IMG/VR virus record: IMGVR_UViG_3300032322_001385
Coordinates: 1 to 50,653 of that record
Direction: 5' to 3' (one strand)
From: a virus
Taxonomy: Duplodnaviria; Caudoviricetes
Length of the DNA: 50,653 bases
Part shown: in pieces, positions 1 through 10,075 of the stretch
How positions within the stretch are numbered: position 1 is the first letter of the stretch
Layout: each line of letters opens with the position of its first letter
Made by a program: the position numbers and the translations under genes
Notes under the pieces: generated by a model
Told to the model about the DNA's origin: nothing
Database searches by the model: none
The model's input: the letters and a program-made list of their open reading frames with translations, nothing else

Positions 1-123
1 AACCACAACGCGGTTTATGCCACAAGCATCAGCGCCACTAGCGGAACATTCATCGCCGCAGAGGGCACGATTGCAGGAACCAATTTCATAGGCGGCGGGC
101 AAGCTGCTCCAATTTTTACCAGA
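1..123. repeat. Terminal direct repeat (assembly overlap of a circular genome), left copy
   Basis: Positions 1-123 are identical to 50531-50653 (aaccacaacg...aatttttaccaga). Confidence 0.97.
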
Positions 124-423
124 TCACGCGCATCGGCTGGCACTGCATTTGCGTCTAACCCAGTGGCAGGGTTAATCGGTACTTCCAGGGCGGCATCGGG
201 ATCGTACACAATACGATGCAACGGATCAAATGCCACTGGCTCGGTAGCATCCACCGCAACAGAATCGTCTTCTGTTCTGATATTCAGGAGAGGAAGCGTG
301 GCCAGCCCTACCTATGGCTCACACCGCTTAGCCTTCTACTCCATTGGCGAATCTCTAAATCTTGCTCTACTTGAATCGCGACTGATAACGCTGAGCAACG
401 CGTTTAATGCTGCTATCCCATGA
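1..423 (+). CDS. 3' part of a 259-aa virion-associated (fibre/lectin-like) protein that starts at 50174 and wraps the origin
   Basis: Frame 1 is open from 1 to TGA 421-423 and is in frame with ATG 50174 across the overlap. The stop overlaps the next ATG (ATGA). Confidence 0.75.
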   Translation, partial: NHNAVYATSISATSGTFIAAEGTIAGTNFIGGGQAAPIFTRSRASAGTAFASNPVAGLIGTSRAASGSYTIRCNGSNATGSVASTATESSSVLIFRRGSVASPTYGSHRLAFYSIGESLNLALLESRLITLSNAFNAAIP

Positions 424-1010
424 CCCACCCCCGCACCCAGCTACGCGCAGAGTTCGTCACTCGGCTGCTCAACGTCACAGCCGCAGCAGATCAAGTTCAC
501 AGCGGCCGGCTCATGCCGATCGAAGAACCCCTGCTGCCCGCGATCGTTATCCACACTCGCGAACCTGACGAGCTCCAGGAGCGAAGCCCCTCCGGCTGGA
601 ACGGTTTCGAGCGCCGTCGCTGCATCGTCTCCGTGGTCTGCATCGCGCAAAGCTTCGACGACATCGACGCGGAGCTTGACGCCATGGCCGACCAGGTGGA
701 GGTCGCGCTGCAGAGCTGGACCATCCCTGGGTTCGAGTCGAGTGATGCGCTCTACCTTGACACCAAGAGCGACGATCCGGAGTTCGACGGTGAGCTCACT
801 ACCGGCGCCACAACGCTGCGCTACGAGGTGATCTACCGCAAGCCTTACCGCGAATGCAGCAACCCCTACGTCATCAGCGGCGGCAGCCTGGAGCGCAGCG
901 GCGCCTATCCTGGTGGCCAGGTCACGCCGGGCTGTCCGGCTGGCAATACAGGCGAAGCCTGCCCCATTGGTGACGCCCAGCTGTTCAGCCAAGAGGAGCC
1001 GATTAACTGA
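420..1010 (+). CDS. Putative tail terminator/completion protein with a Cys/Gly/Pro-rich C-terminal extension
   Basis: HPRTQLR...LPAIVIHTRE...ELDAMADQVE pattern; lies upstream of the baseplate genes; translationally coupled. Confidence 0.6.
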   Translation: MTHPRTQLRAEFVTRLLNVTAAADQVHSGRLMPIEEPLLPAIVIHTREPDELQERSPSGWNGFERRRCIVSVVCIAQSFDDIDAELDAMADQVEVALQSWTIPGFESSDALYLDTKSDDPEFDGELTTGATTLRYEVIYRKPYRECSNPYVISGGSLERSGAYPGGQVTPGCPAGNTGEACPIGDAQLFSQEEPIN

Positions 1011-1378
1011 TGGCCACTACCCGCAAACGCGCCCGCACCGAGGATGGCAAGTTCCAAGCGGACGACCCGGCGACGCCTGAGCGCAACGAGGCCTTCGCGC
1101 AAGACCTGCCGGTGAGCATCGACAGTCTGGCTGCCTTCATGGCGATCGATCAGCCGGACCGCGAGCGGCTCGGCCTCGCCCTCAACCTGGCCAAGGATGC
1201 TGCCCTGGCCGTCACCGGCCAGCCCGTTGGCGACACTGCCGCCCACAGCATCCGCCACGGCGTCCACATGCTCGCCGCGCAGTTGCTCATCAAGGATCAG
1301 CTCGAGGCCACGCCCCAGGGCGCCGAGATCCCGGGCGTGATCCGCTACCTGTGGAAGGCCGCTGATGCTGGGCGTTAA
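1010..1378 (+). CDS. Head-tail connector-like protein with N-terminal RARTEDGKFQADDPATPERNEAF motif
   Basis: Helical core (SIRHGVHMLAAQL...IPGVIRYLW) resembles gp6-like connectors; coupled start and stop. Confidence 0.5.
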   Translation: MATTRKRARTEDGKFQADDPATPERNEAFAQDLPVSIDSLAAFMAIDQPDRERLGLALNLAKDAALAVTGQPVGDTAAHSIRHGVHMLAAQLLIKDQLEATPQGAEIPGVIRYLWKAADAGR

Positions 1379-1889
1379 CCGCAGCGACCAGACCACCAGC
1401 GGCGTCGGCTCGGCGGAGAGCACCGACCACGCGCGGCGCCTCAGCAACGTCGCCCGCTACGGCACCGTGGCCGAAGCCGACTACACCGGCGCAACAGCAG
1501 GCTTCCCCGCGATCCGTGTGCAGCTGCAAGACGGTGAGATCCTCTCCGACTGGGTACCCTGGTTCTCCCCCCGCGCAGGCAAGGATCGGGTCTGGGATCC
1601 GCCTGAGGTCGGCGAGGTGGTCATGCTGCTGGCCCCGTCGGGCGAGCTTGCCAATGGCGTCGCCATCCCTGGCCTGTTCTCCAACGGCAACTCCAACGGC
1701 GACCGGGCCGGCCTGCAGCGCCGCACCTATGACGATGGCACGGTGATCGAATACGACCGCCAAGCCCACAAGCTCACGATCGACGCGACAGCATCCAGCG
1801 GCCAGGTGGTGGTGAAGGGCCAGGCGGTGCAGGTGCAGGCCACTGGCGCCGTCACGATCAAGGGCGCCACGGTCAACCTCAACCCCTGA
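1365..1889 (+). CDS. Baseplate assembly/spike protein V (P2 gpV-like)
   Basis: SDWVPW...RAGKDRVWDPPEVGEVVMLLAPSGEL and YDDGTVIEYDRQAHKL are gpV motifs. Confidence 0.93.
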   Translation: MLGVNRSDQTTSGVGSAESTDHARRLSNVARYGTVAEADYTGATAGFPAIRVQLQDGEILSDWVPWFSPRAGKDRVWDPPEVGEVVMLLAPSGELANGVAIPGLFSNGNSNGDRAGLQRRTYDDGTVIEYDRQAHKLTIDATASSGQVVVKGQAVQVQATGAVTIKGATVNLNP

Positions 1890-1892
1890 GCC

Positions 1893-2150
1893 ATGCCCGT
1901 CATCATCCGCATCGGTGACCCCGGCAGCCACGGCGGCAGCATCACCACCGGCTCACCCGACACCTTTGCCAATGGTCTGAAGGTCGCGCGCGTGGGCGAC
2001 ACCTACAACTGCCCGATCCACGGGCCCAACCCGATTGCCACCGGCAGCCCCAACACCACCGCCAATGGTCAGGCTGTTGCCAGAGTGGGAGACACGACCA
2101 CCTGCGGCGCCACGCTGCAGACCGGCAGCCCTGATGTGGAGGTGAACTGA
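1893..2150 (+). CDS. PAAR-domain spike tip protein
   Basis: RIGDPGSHGG, VARVGD...CPIHG and VARVGDTTTCGA repeats with His/Cys zinc ligands; follows gpV. Confidence 0.92.
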   Translation: MPVIIRIGDPGSHGGSITTGSPDTFANGLKVARVGDTYNCPIHGPNPIATGSPNTTANGQAVARVGDTTTCGATLQTGSPDVEVN

Positions 2151-2488
2151 TGGCTGGCATGAGCCGCACAACAGGCGAAGCGCTCGGCGGCTTCGACCAT
2201 CTGCGCCAATCCATTCAGGACATCCTGACCACACCGATCGGGACGCGGGTGCATCGCCGCGACTACGGCAGCCGCATCCCTCGGCTGGTGGATCGACCGA
2301 TCAACAACAGCCTGATCGCTGAGTTGGTGGCCGCCACTGCCGAGGCGCTGGAGCGGTGGGAGCCGCGGCTGAAGTTGGAGCAGGTGAAGATCGACAGCGT
2401 GACCGCCGAAGGTCAGATCAGCCTTAGCCTGGTTGGGTACTACCTGCTCAACGGGCAGCGTATCGAGATCGAGGGGTTGGTGATCTGA
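2150..2488 (+). CDS. Baseplate wedge protein W (gp25-like)
   Basis: HLRQSIQDILTTPIGTRVHRRDYGS...WEPRLKL signature. Confidence 0.95.
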   Translation: MAGMSRTTGEALGGFDHLRQSIQDILTTPIGTRVHRRDYGSRIPRLVDRPINNSLIAELVAATAEALERWEPRLKLEQVKIDSVTAEGQISLSLVGYYLLNGQRIEIEGLVI

Positions 2489-3327
2489 TGGCGACGATCG
2501 ACTTCAGCGCCATTCCGGCACCAGAGATCATCGAAGCGCTCGACTTCGAGACGATCCTCGCGGAGATGATCGCCGACCTGCAGGCGCGTGACCCGTCCTA
2601 CACCGAGATCCTGGAGAGCGACCCAGGAGTGAAGATCCTGGAGGTGGCGGCAGCCCGGGAGCTGATCATCCGCCAGCGGATCAACGACGCGCTGAAGGCG
2701 ACGCTGCTGCGCTACGCGGAAGGCGGCGACCTGGACAACCTCGTAGCGTTCTATGGCGTCACCAGGTTGGCGGCTGAGGCTGATGCGGCGCTTCGCGCGC
2801 GGGTAATCGAGCGCATCATGGGCAGCAGCACGGCCGGCGGCGCCGCTTGGTATCGCTACCAGGCGCTGAGCGCGAGTGAGCTGGTGAAGGATGCAGCGGT
2901 CTCCAGCCCGGCCCCGGGGCAGGTGCTGATCAACATCCTCTCCACCCAAGGCGATGGCGCGGCCAGTCCGGCACTGCTGGTCTCCGTGAACGACGTGCTG
3001 CAGAGCGACAGCGTGCGAGTGATTACCGACGTGGTCACCGTGGCCGGCGCGACGATCAGCACAGTGCCGGTCACCGCGCAAGTGTACCTCTACCCCGAGA
3101 CACCGATCGAGGTGTTCAACGGTCTGCAGGCCAACCTGGCAAGCGCCTTCGCCGCGGCATCCGGCCTGGGTTGGGACGTCACCCGCTCGTGGCTGATTGC
3201 CCAGCTGCACCCGGCCGGCGTGCAGCGTGTGGTCTTGACGGCGCCTGCAGCTGATGTAGTGTGCGGCCCCAGTCAAGCTCCGGCCCTGGGCACGATCACG
3301 TTGACGATGGCGGGGCGTGACCGATGA
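2488..3327 (+). CDS. Baseplate assembly protein J
   Basis: IDFSAIPAPEIIEALDFETIL, ESDPGVKILE, STAGGAAWYRYQALSA motifs of P2 gpJ. Confidence 0.95.
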   Translation: MATIDFSAIPAPEIIEALDFETILAEMIADLQARDPSYTEILESDPGVKILEVAAARELIIRQRINDALKATLLRYAEGGDLDNLVAFYGVTRLAAEADAALRARVIERIMGSSTAGGAAWYRYQALSASELVKDAAVSSPAPGQVLINILSTQGDGAASPALLVSVNDVLQSDSVRVITDVVTVAGATISTVPVTAQVYLYPETPIEVFNGLQANLASAFAAASGLGWDVTRSWLIAQLHPAGVQRVVLTAPAADVVCGPSQAPALGTITLTMAGRDR

Positions 3328-4169
3328 GCCGCCACGATCTCCTCCCCCCCAACGCAACGCAGCTGGAGCGTGATTTCAGCCGCGTCAGCTCCAGCCTGCA
3401 GCGTGCTGGCGCACCGGTGCCGATCATCCGCACGGCGAAGCGGGTCAATATCCCCGACTCGGTGGTGCCATGGCTGATCTACGAATACGGCCTCGGCGAG
3501 ATTCTGCCCTACCTGGGGAACAACCAGCGCCTAGCGCTTGAAGATGGGGTGCTGTGGCAGCGGATCCGGGGCACGCCCGAAGCGGTCCGCATCGCGCTGA
3601 GCTGGATCAACGTCACCGGCCTCATCGACGAATCCGAGGGCGGCTCCGCCCGCTGGGCTGAATACCAGCTCGGCCTGTCGGCCGGGACGTCAGGCGAGCA
3701 GATCATCGACGACATCGTCGGTGTTGCTCGCATTAGTTCTCCGGTGCGCAGCAGGCTGCAGCGCATCTACGCGGTCTACGACTTCCGTCGCTTTGTGCTG
3801 GATGACAGCCTGCTGAGCGACGGCGGGATGCTCAGTGATCACAGCGGCGTCAGGCCGCGGCCGGACTGGCCACAGATCAGCTACGGCCAGATCATCTCCA
3901 GCCTGGTCGAGGAGGATGCGACGGTGGCCAGCGCACACACCGACGTGATCGGCGTGCTGGTGAAGAACTTCGATCGATTCCAGCTGGATCACAGCCTGCT
4001 GGATGAGGAGTGGCACACGATTAACCACCCGAGTTTGCTCACCGAGCTTGAAGGTGTGAGCGGCAGATACCAGGGCCAGACCTGGGCGAACATCACCTGG
4101 CAAGCCACAACCACCTGGCTGACCACGAACGCAGTGGCATCGAGCACCGTCACAACGCAGACGGCGTAG
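3324..4169 (+). CDS. Tail/baseplate protein I (P2 gpI-like)
   Basis: LLPPNATQLE, VPWLIYEYGL, WQRIRGTPEAV; follows gpJ. Confidence 0.85.
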   Translation: MSRHDLLPPNATQLERDFSRVSSSLQRAGAPVPIIRTAKRVNIPDSVVPWLIYEYGLGEILPYLGNNQRLALEDGVLWQRIRGTPEAVRIALSWINVTGLIDESEGGSARWAEYQLGLSAGTSGEQIIDDIVGVARISSPVRSRLQRIYAVYDFRRFVLDDSLLSDGGMLSDHSGVRPRPDWPQISYGQIISSLVEEDATVASAHTDVIGVLVKNFDRFQLDHSLLDEEWHTINHPSLLTELEGVSGRYQGQTWANITWQATTTWLTTNAVASSTVTTQTA

Positions 4170-4194
4170 CATGGGAAGCGACTAAGGGGCGAGC

Positions 4195-4680
4195 ATGGCG
4201 GCGATCCTTACAACGAGCGGGCGCATCGCCATCGCTACGGCGATCAAGGCGCGCACCGCGCACCTGGCCTGGGGGTCTGGTGATGCGGCCTGGGGCAACA
4301 CGCCTCCGGAGCCTGCAGCTAACAGCACAGCACTGCTCGCCGAGGTCGGCCGGCGCAAGGCCAGCCAGGTGGAGTACTGCGTGGCAGATGTGAACGGCGC
4401 GATCAGTGTGCCCGAGGGCAAGTTCAGCATCACCAGCACGCCGACCAACAACCTCTACTTCAAGTTTCACTTCGAGTTCACGGAAGCGGTTGGCTCCACC
4501 ATCCGCGAGCAGGCGATCTTTCTCGACACCGTTGCCGCCGCTGGTGTCCCTGCCGGGCAGTTCTACCTGACCCCGGCGCAGGTAGCGCAGCCTGGCACGC
4601 TGCTGGTGATTGAGCGGCGTGCGCCGATCGTGCGAGCGATTACAACCCGTCAGCTGTTCGAGTTCGTGGTGACCTTCTGA
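4195..4680 (+). CDS. Baseplate/tail-fibre attachment protein
   Basis: AILTTSGRIAIA...HLAWGSGD...TIREQAIF pattern seen before DUF4815-type genes; position in tail module. Confidence 0.65.
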   Translation: MAAILTTSGRIAIATAIKARTAHLAWGSGDAAWGNTPPEPAANSTALLAEVGRRKASQVEYCVADVNGAISVPEGKFSITSTPTNNLYFKFHFEFTEAVGSTIREQAIFLDTVAAAGVPAGQFYLTPAQVAQPGTLLVIERRAPIVRAITTRQLFEFVVTF

Positions 4681-6629
4681 TGACGCTGACCGGCTACTAC
4701 AACCGCTTCGACGCGGCCGACCGTTACGACGAGCTGCTCTTCCGCGCGGGCAAGGGCCTGCAGTCGGCTGAACTCAACGAGGTGCAGAGCACCGTCATCG
4801 ACCGACTGAAGCGGATCGCTGATGCGGTCTTCAAGGATGGCGCCGTGATCAGCGGCACACCGCCTGCGATCACCGGCACCACTGCCTCCTGCCCGCTCAG
4901 TCTGATCTACCTGCGCGGCGCAGTCCGTGAGGTGGCAGCTCGCAGCTTCACGATCCCCACGACAGGCTTGACACGGATCGGCGTCTACCTGCTCGATGCG
5001 GAGATCACCGAGGTCGATGACGCGACGCTGCGCGACCCTGCAGAGGGCACCCGCAACTACAACGAGCCCGGCGCCGGCCGCCTCCGCGTCACCGCGACCT
5101 GGGGCCGCGAGGGCGACGGTGGCACTGGCGTCTTCTATCCGGTTTACACCGTCATCGACGGCGCGCTGCTCAACCAAGGCGGCGGCAACGTCGGCGACTC
5201 CTTCTCCGAGGCGCTCGCCCGCTACGACCGCGAGAGCAACGGCAACTACATCGTCACAGGCCTCAGCGTCACCGCCCTGGGCCTCGCGGCTGGTGTCAAC
5301 GCCTTCTCGGTCAAGGACGGCACCGGCAACATCTTTGGCTACAAGATCGACAAGCTGGCCTCGACCCGGCTCAACTACACCGAGGACCCTGACCTCGAGG
5401 TGGTCGACTCGGAGCCTGACACCTTTACTGGTGCGACCGGCGGCAGCGCCACCATCCAGCTGAACCGCTTCCCGGCCGAGAGCATCCTGGAGGTGGTGAT
5501 CACCCAGGAAAAGACCGTCACCATCACCCGTGGCGGCGTGAGCGGCGGCCAGGACACGTTGCCCGACGTGTCGGTGCTGAGCATTCAAAGCATCACCCAT
5601 GCCAGCATCACTTATCAATCGCCTCGTGATTACTTCCTGAACGGTGACAAGGTGGACTGGAGCCCCTCGGGCGCCGGTGCCATTGAGCCCGCTCCCGGCT
5701 CGACCTACTCGATCACCTACCGCTACTTGGGGAACGCGACGCCTTCGGCGGTGAACCTTCAGGCTGGCACGTTCACGGTGACGGGCGCCGTCAACGGCAC
5801 CCTGGTGCTGACCGACTACCGGTGGAAGCTGCCGCGCTACGACCGGCTGTGCATCGACCGCGACGGCAACTTCTCTCGGGTGAAGGGGATCAGTTCTCGC
5901 TTCACCGCCCTGCCGCCCGCCGTGCCCCCCAATCTCTTGGGCCTGGCGACGATCGAGCAGCGGTGGGGGTTGACGCCAACCATCACCAACGACGGCATCC
6001 GGGCCATCCCGTTCGATCAGCTGGAGCGGATGCGCTCGCTGATCGTTGACCTCTTTGACCTGGTGGCGCTGGAGCGGCTGCGCAACGACATCAGCTCGCG
6101 CGAGCCGAGCAGCAAGCGCGGCGTGTTTGTCGATCCGTTCCTCGACGACGACCTGCGCGATCAGGGCATCACCCAAACCGCTGCGGTGGTCGACGGCACC
6201 CTGCAGCTGCCGATCGCGCCAACGGTCTATCAGGCGCCGACCAACAACGCCCAGGACTGGATGCTGGCCTACACCGAGGAGATCATCCTCGAGCAGACGC
6301 GCCAGACCGGCAGCAGCAAGATCAACCCATACCAGGCCTTCGATCCGATCCCCGCCGCCATCACACTGACGCCAGCCGTTGATCGCTTCACCGTGATCGA
6401 CACCATCTGGACGTCGCCGGCGACCCAGCAGATCCGTATCTTCATGGGTGGCACCGGTCGGTTCTCTGAAGGCAGCACTACCTCGACCCGCACCGAGCTG
6501 CTGAGCGAGACTCAGCGGCCAGCCGAGTTCCTGCGGCAGATTCAGATTGCCTTCACCCTCGCGGGCTTCGACCCCGGTGAGACTCTCACCGAGGTCAAGT
6601 TCGACGGGATCGACGTTACTCCCGCCTGA
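4680..6629 (+). CDS. Large baseplate/tail structural protein (DUF4815-like)
   Basis: YYNRFDAADRYDELLFRAGKGLQSAELNEVQ N-terminus, NYNEPGAGRL, GVFVDPFLDDDLRDQG. Confidence 0.8.
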   Translation: MTLTGYYNRFDAADRYDELLFRAGKGLQSAELNEVQSTVIDRLKRIADAVFKDGAVISGTPPAITGTTASCPLSLIYLRGAVREVAARSFTIPTTGLTRIGVYLLDAEITEVDDATLRDPAEGTRNYNEPGAGRLRVTATWGREGDGGTGVFYPVYTVIDGALLNQGGGNVGDSFSEALARYDRESNGNYIVTGLSVTALGLAAGVNAFSVKDGTGNIFGYKIDKLASTRLNYTEDPDLEVVDSEPDTFTGATGGSATIQLNRFPAESILEVVITQEKTVTITRGGVSGGQDTLPDVSVLSIQSITHASITYQSPRDYFLNGDKVDWSPSGAGAIEPAPGSTYSITYRYLGNATPSAVNLQAGTFTVTGAVNGTLVLTDYRWKLPRYDRLCIDRDGNFSRVKGISSRFTALPPAVPPNLLGLATIEQRWGLTPTITNDGIRAIPFDQLERMRSLIVDLFDLVALERLRNDISSREPSSKRGVFVDPFLDDDLRDQGITQTAAVVDGTLQLPIAPTVYQAPTNNAQDWMLAYTEEIILEQTRQTGSSKINPYQAFDPIPAAITLTPAVDRFTVIDTIWTSPATQQIRIFMGGTGRFSEGSTTSTRTELLSETQRPAEFLRQIQIAFTLAGFDPGETLTEVKFDGIDVTPA

Positions 6630-6634
6630 TCGCC

Positions 6635-8062
6635 ATGCCACTCACCGCAAACGGATCTGGACAGATCACGGGGTCGTTCACGATCCCCGCCAACGTGCCC
6701 GTCGGCTCGAAGCGCGTCACCTTCCTGGGTAACCAGGGCAGCTTCGGCGCGGCCCGCTTCATCGGCTCCGGCACGATCCTCACGCGCACCCAGCGTCAGC
6801 TCACCACGATCGAGACCCGGTTCTGGGATCCGCTGGCGCAGACCTTCCGCCTGGATGAGTCGCGGCACGTCACCGGCGTCGACTTCAAGTTCACGGCGGT
6901 CGGCAACACCGCCAACAAGGTCTACCTGGAAATCCGCGAGACCGAGCTGGGCCTGCCCAACGCCACCACGCTGGCCGAGGGCGTGATTCAAGGCACGGCG
7001 ATCACTGTCAACGCCTGGAACAAGATCAGCCTGACGCGGCCCGTCTACCTGCAGGCCGGCGTCGAATACTCGATGGTGCTGCTGACCGATGACGCCAACC
7101 ACGCAGTTGGCCTGGCTGAGCTCGGCAAGTTCGACATCGCCGCCCAGCAGTTCGTCACCTCGCAGCCCTACACGATCGGCACGCTGCTCAAGTCGAGCAA
7201 CGCCTCGACCTGGACGCCTGTGCAGGAGTCGGACCTGACCTTCCGCATGTACGGGGCTCGCTTCACCAGCACCACGCGGACGATCAACCTGGGCCAGCTG
7301 CGGGGCACTGCAGTCGCAAGCCTCACCCGCTCTGGCGGGACTGCGACGCTCACCACCAGCACGCCGCACGGCTTCGTCACCGGCCAGAAGGTGGTGATCA
7401 GCGGCGCGACGCAGACCGACTACAACGGCGCTTTCACGGTCACCGTCACCGGCCCGACCGTGTTCACCTACACGGTGGCGAACAGCCCGGCGACGCCCGC
7501 CACCGGCACGATCCTGATCTCGGCTGGCGACATCACCGACCTGGTGGCGCTTGCAGGCGTTGAGCGGATCAGCTCGGAGACCGACGCCGAGTTCATCTTT
7601 ACCAAGCCCGACAGCAGCCAGATCCGCGGCGCCGACAACGCCCGCATCCAGCTGGCCGAGGATGTGAACGTGCCGCTGACCCTCTCGGCAGTACTGCGCG
7701 GCACTACCACCCTTAGCCCCTACCTGTTCGCTGGCAGCCAGGCGGTCTACGGCAACCTCGGCGAGACCGGCACCTACGTGAGCCGTGCGATCCCATGCGC
7801 CGCCAACGCTAAGGTCTCCTGCACCTTCGAGTCGCTGCTGCCCGGGGCATCAAGCGTGCTGGTGGAGTTTGAGACCAGCACCGGCACATGGCAAACGGTG
7901 TCGCTCACCAGCAGCTCGCCGGTTGGCGACGGCTGGATCGAGCAGATCCACACCGTCGCCTCCTTCGCCGCTGGTGGCACGACCACCCGCGTGCGCCTTA
8001 CCCTCACTGGAACGGCTGCCGCCCGCCCGCAGCTGCGCCAGCTCCGTCTCGTGGTGATCTGA
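6635..8062 (+). CDS. Tail structural protein (C-terminal partner of the DUF4815-like protein)
   Basis: GSFTIPANVPVG, DPLAQTF, LLKSSNASTWTPVQESDLTF motifs. Confidence 0.75.
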   Translation: MPLTANGSGQITGSFTIPANVPVGSKRVTFLGNQGSFGAARFIGSGTILTRTQRQLTTIETRFWDPLAQTFRLDESRHVTGVDFKFTAVGNTANKVYLEIRETELGLPNATTLAEGVIQGTAITVNAWNKISLTRPVYLQAGVEYSMVLLTDDANHAVGLAELGKFDIAAQQFVTSQPYTIGTLLKSSNASTWTPVQESDLTFRMYGARFTSTTRTINLGQLRGTAVASLTRSGGTATLTTSTPHGFVTGQKVVISGATQTDYNGAFTVTVTGPTVFTYTVANSPATPATGTILISAGDITDLVALAGVERISSETDAEFIFTKPDSSQIRGADNARIQLAEDVNVPLTLSAVLRGTTTLSPYLFAGSQAVYGNLGETGTYVSRAIPCAANAKVSCTFESLLPGASSVLVEFETSTGTWQTVSLTSSSPVGDGWIEQIHTVASFAAGGTTTRVRLTLTGTAAARPQLRQLRLVVI

Positions 8063-8066
8063 TCCC

Positions 8067-10037
8067 ATGCCCATCGACGACCGCACAACGAACCGCAGCT
8101 ACAAACTGCCGAACGCTGGCAACCTTCTCAGCGACGACGTAACGCGTCTGCGCGAGTCGCTGACGGCGATCGACGCAGATGTCTTCGCTCGCTACACCAA
8201 GACCGAGACCGATCAGAAGCTGGCGGATCTGATCAACGGCGCCCCTGGCGCGCTCAATACCCTGCAGGAGCTGGCCACGGCGATGGGAAACGACCCCAAC
8301 TTCGCCACGACAATCACCAATGCGCTCGCTGGCAGGCCCGTCTTCGCCGACGTGTGGACCCGTACCCAGGCGGATGCGCGCTACGTGCAGGGGATTGCGC
8401 AGACCGAGAACATCTTCACTGGCACGGGCAGTCAGACGACCTTTGCGCTCAGCCAGACGCCACCCAGTCGCGAGTCGCTGCTGGTGACGGTCGACGGCGT
8501 GGTGCAGCCCGTCAGCGAGTACAGCCTGAGCGGCTCAGCGCTCATTCTGAGCGAGGCCCCGGCCAGCGGTTCAAAGATCCGCGTGCTCATGTTGGGCGTT
8601 GCAGGGCCGGTGCAGAGCGCGAGCACGCTGAACTTTGCGCATGCCGGCGCTGGAACCGTCACGCGAACGGTTGAGAGCAAACTGAGAGATGTGCTCCATG
8701 TCAAGGATCTTGGCTGCGCGTGCAACGGAATAGCAGACGACGGCGCAACACTCAACGCAGCGATTTATGCGAGATACAACGGCCTAGCAACCAGCCAAAG
8801 CCAAGAGTATGTAGAGATCCACGCAAGCCCAGGTGACGTTCTCAAGTTTGCTACCCCCGTCACGGTGCGCCAAAACCGGATTCGATTCATTGGCAATGGT
8901 GCCAAGATTGTCTGCACTGGGCAATACGCCTTTGACTTTACTCAAGACAGCAGCGGCAACATTAACGAAGACGGTGGGGTAATTGGATGGAAGATTACTG
9001 GTGCAACCCTTGCAGCCATTCGTGGCCGCGCATGTGCGTTTACCCGAATTGAGAATAACTGGTTCACTGGCAACAATGCTGCAATCGACCTGCAGGCAGT
9101 AGGTGCCATTATCCGTGATAACTACATCAGGGAGAACACTGGGGCAGGAATCACCCTGCTGTCTGCTATTGTCGTCGGAGGCGGCAGATCGGAAAGCCAG
9201 CGATGCGTTGTTGAGCATAATCGTGTTTACCTCAACGGCGGCATTGGCATATTCCTTAAAGACGGTGGCGGGCACTATCTTGGTGGCAACGACCTTGAGG
9301 TAAATACCTCGGTTGAACTGCTCGTCAGGTCTTCCTTTGGAAATACCATCTTCGGGTTGTACTCAGAGCCTACTGCTGGCATCCCGATCATTCAAATCGA
9401 CAACGCATCCACTGATGTTCCTGGGCGTAACTCAGAAAGCAACCAGATCATAGGTGGCACATTTGGTGGTGGAGCGGTTTGGGACATTAACATATCAGGT
9501 GGAAACAGCACGGTTGTATCGGGGGTGCGCTTTGGAACTGGAAACATCAACATCTCTGCGGGTGTTAATGGTACGGTTCTTCTTCCTTGTAATGGCAACA
9601 CTCCGACTGTCACAAACAGTGGCAACGGCACGTTGGATATGACAGCGCCGGGTAAGATCAAGATGTACTCAGGAACCTTCAACCGTATCCTGTTAGATGC
9701 AACTGACGCAAGTGGCGGCGTCATTAGTGGTGTTGACAACCTGCTGCACTTTGCGGGCATCAAAGGCATCAGCACATCACAAACAAAGTCTAAAAATCTT
9801 TTCGGCTTTGTTGACATTACCGGCACAGCTACTACGGCAGCGGTCACGTTTGGCACAGCGGAAACCGATGCGGCATACGGGACGTTTTTCGGCGTGTGGC
9901 ATGCTGCCGGGACACCTGCTAGTGGGTCGGAAGCTGTCTACATGACAGCACGGGCCACATCTGGATTCACGATCAACCTGCGAGCCGCACCAGGCGCCGG
10001 GAATACGGTGCGAGTGCATTGGATGATTGTTCGATAG
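8067..10037 (+). CDS. Tail fibre/tailspike receptor-binding protein with a right-handed beta-helix (pectate-lyase-like) domain
   Basis: APGALNTLQELATAMGNDPNFATT fibre motif; RTVESKLRDVLHVKDLGCACNGIADD tailspike motif; Asn/Gly/Ile-rich repeats. Confidence 0.85.
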   Translation: MPIDDRTTNRSYKLPNAGNLLSDDVTRLRESLTAIDADVFARYTKTETDQKLADLINGAPGALNTLQELATAMGNDPNFATTITNALAGRPVFADVWTRTQADARYVQGIAQTENIFTGTGSQTTFALSQTPPSRESLLVTVDGVVQPVSEYSLSGSALILSEAPASGSKIRVLMLGVAGPVQSASTLNFAHAGAGTVTRTVESKLRDVLHVKDLGCACNGIADDGATLNAAIYARYNGLATSQSQEYVEIHASPGDVLKFATPVTVRQNRIRFIGNGAKIVCTGQYAFDFTQDSSGNINEDGGVIGWKITGATLAAIRGRACAFTRIENNWFTGNNAAIDLQAVGAIIRDNYIRENTGAGITLLSAIVVGGGRSESQRCVVEHNRVYLNGGIGIFLKDGGGHYLGGNDLEVNTSVELLVRSSFGNTIFGLYSEPTAGIPIIQIDNASTDVPGRNSESNQIIGGTFGGGAVWDINISGGNSTVVSGVRFGTGNINISAGVNGTVLLPCNGNTPTVTNSGNGTLDMTAPGKIKMYSGTFNRILLDATDASGGVISGVDNLLHFAGIKGISTSQTKSKNLFGFVDITGTATTAAVTFGTAETDAAYGTFFGVWHAAGTPASGSEAVYMTARATSGFTINLRAAPGAGNTVRVHWMIVR

Positions 10038-10075
10038 CCATGAACATCTCCGCGACCTATCACTCCCACTGACCC

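Noticed and set aside
1-123. 123-bp terminal repeat as a biological terminal redundancy
   Set aside because: It falls in the middle of a gene, and a cos-like site with a gpA terminase lies elsewhere. Assembler overlap is the simpler explanation.
4650-6641. Long antisense and alternate-frame ORFs (663 aa here, 435 aa at 31012, 442 aa at 20738, 326 aa at 41433 and others)
   Set aside because: Shadow ORFs expected in high-GC coding DNA. They overlap well-supported genes and show no motifs.
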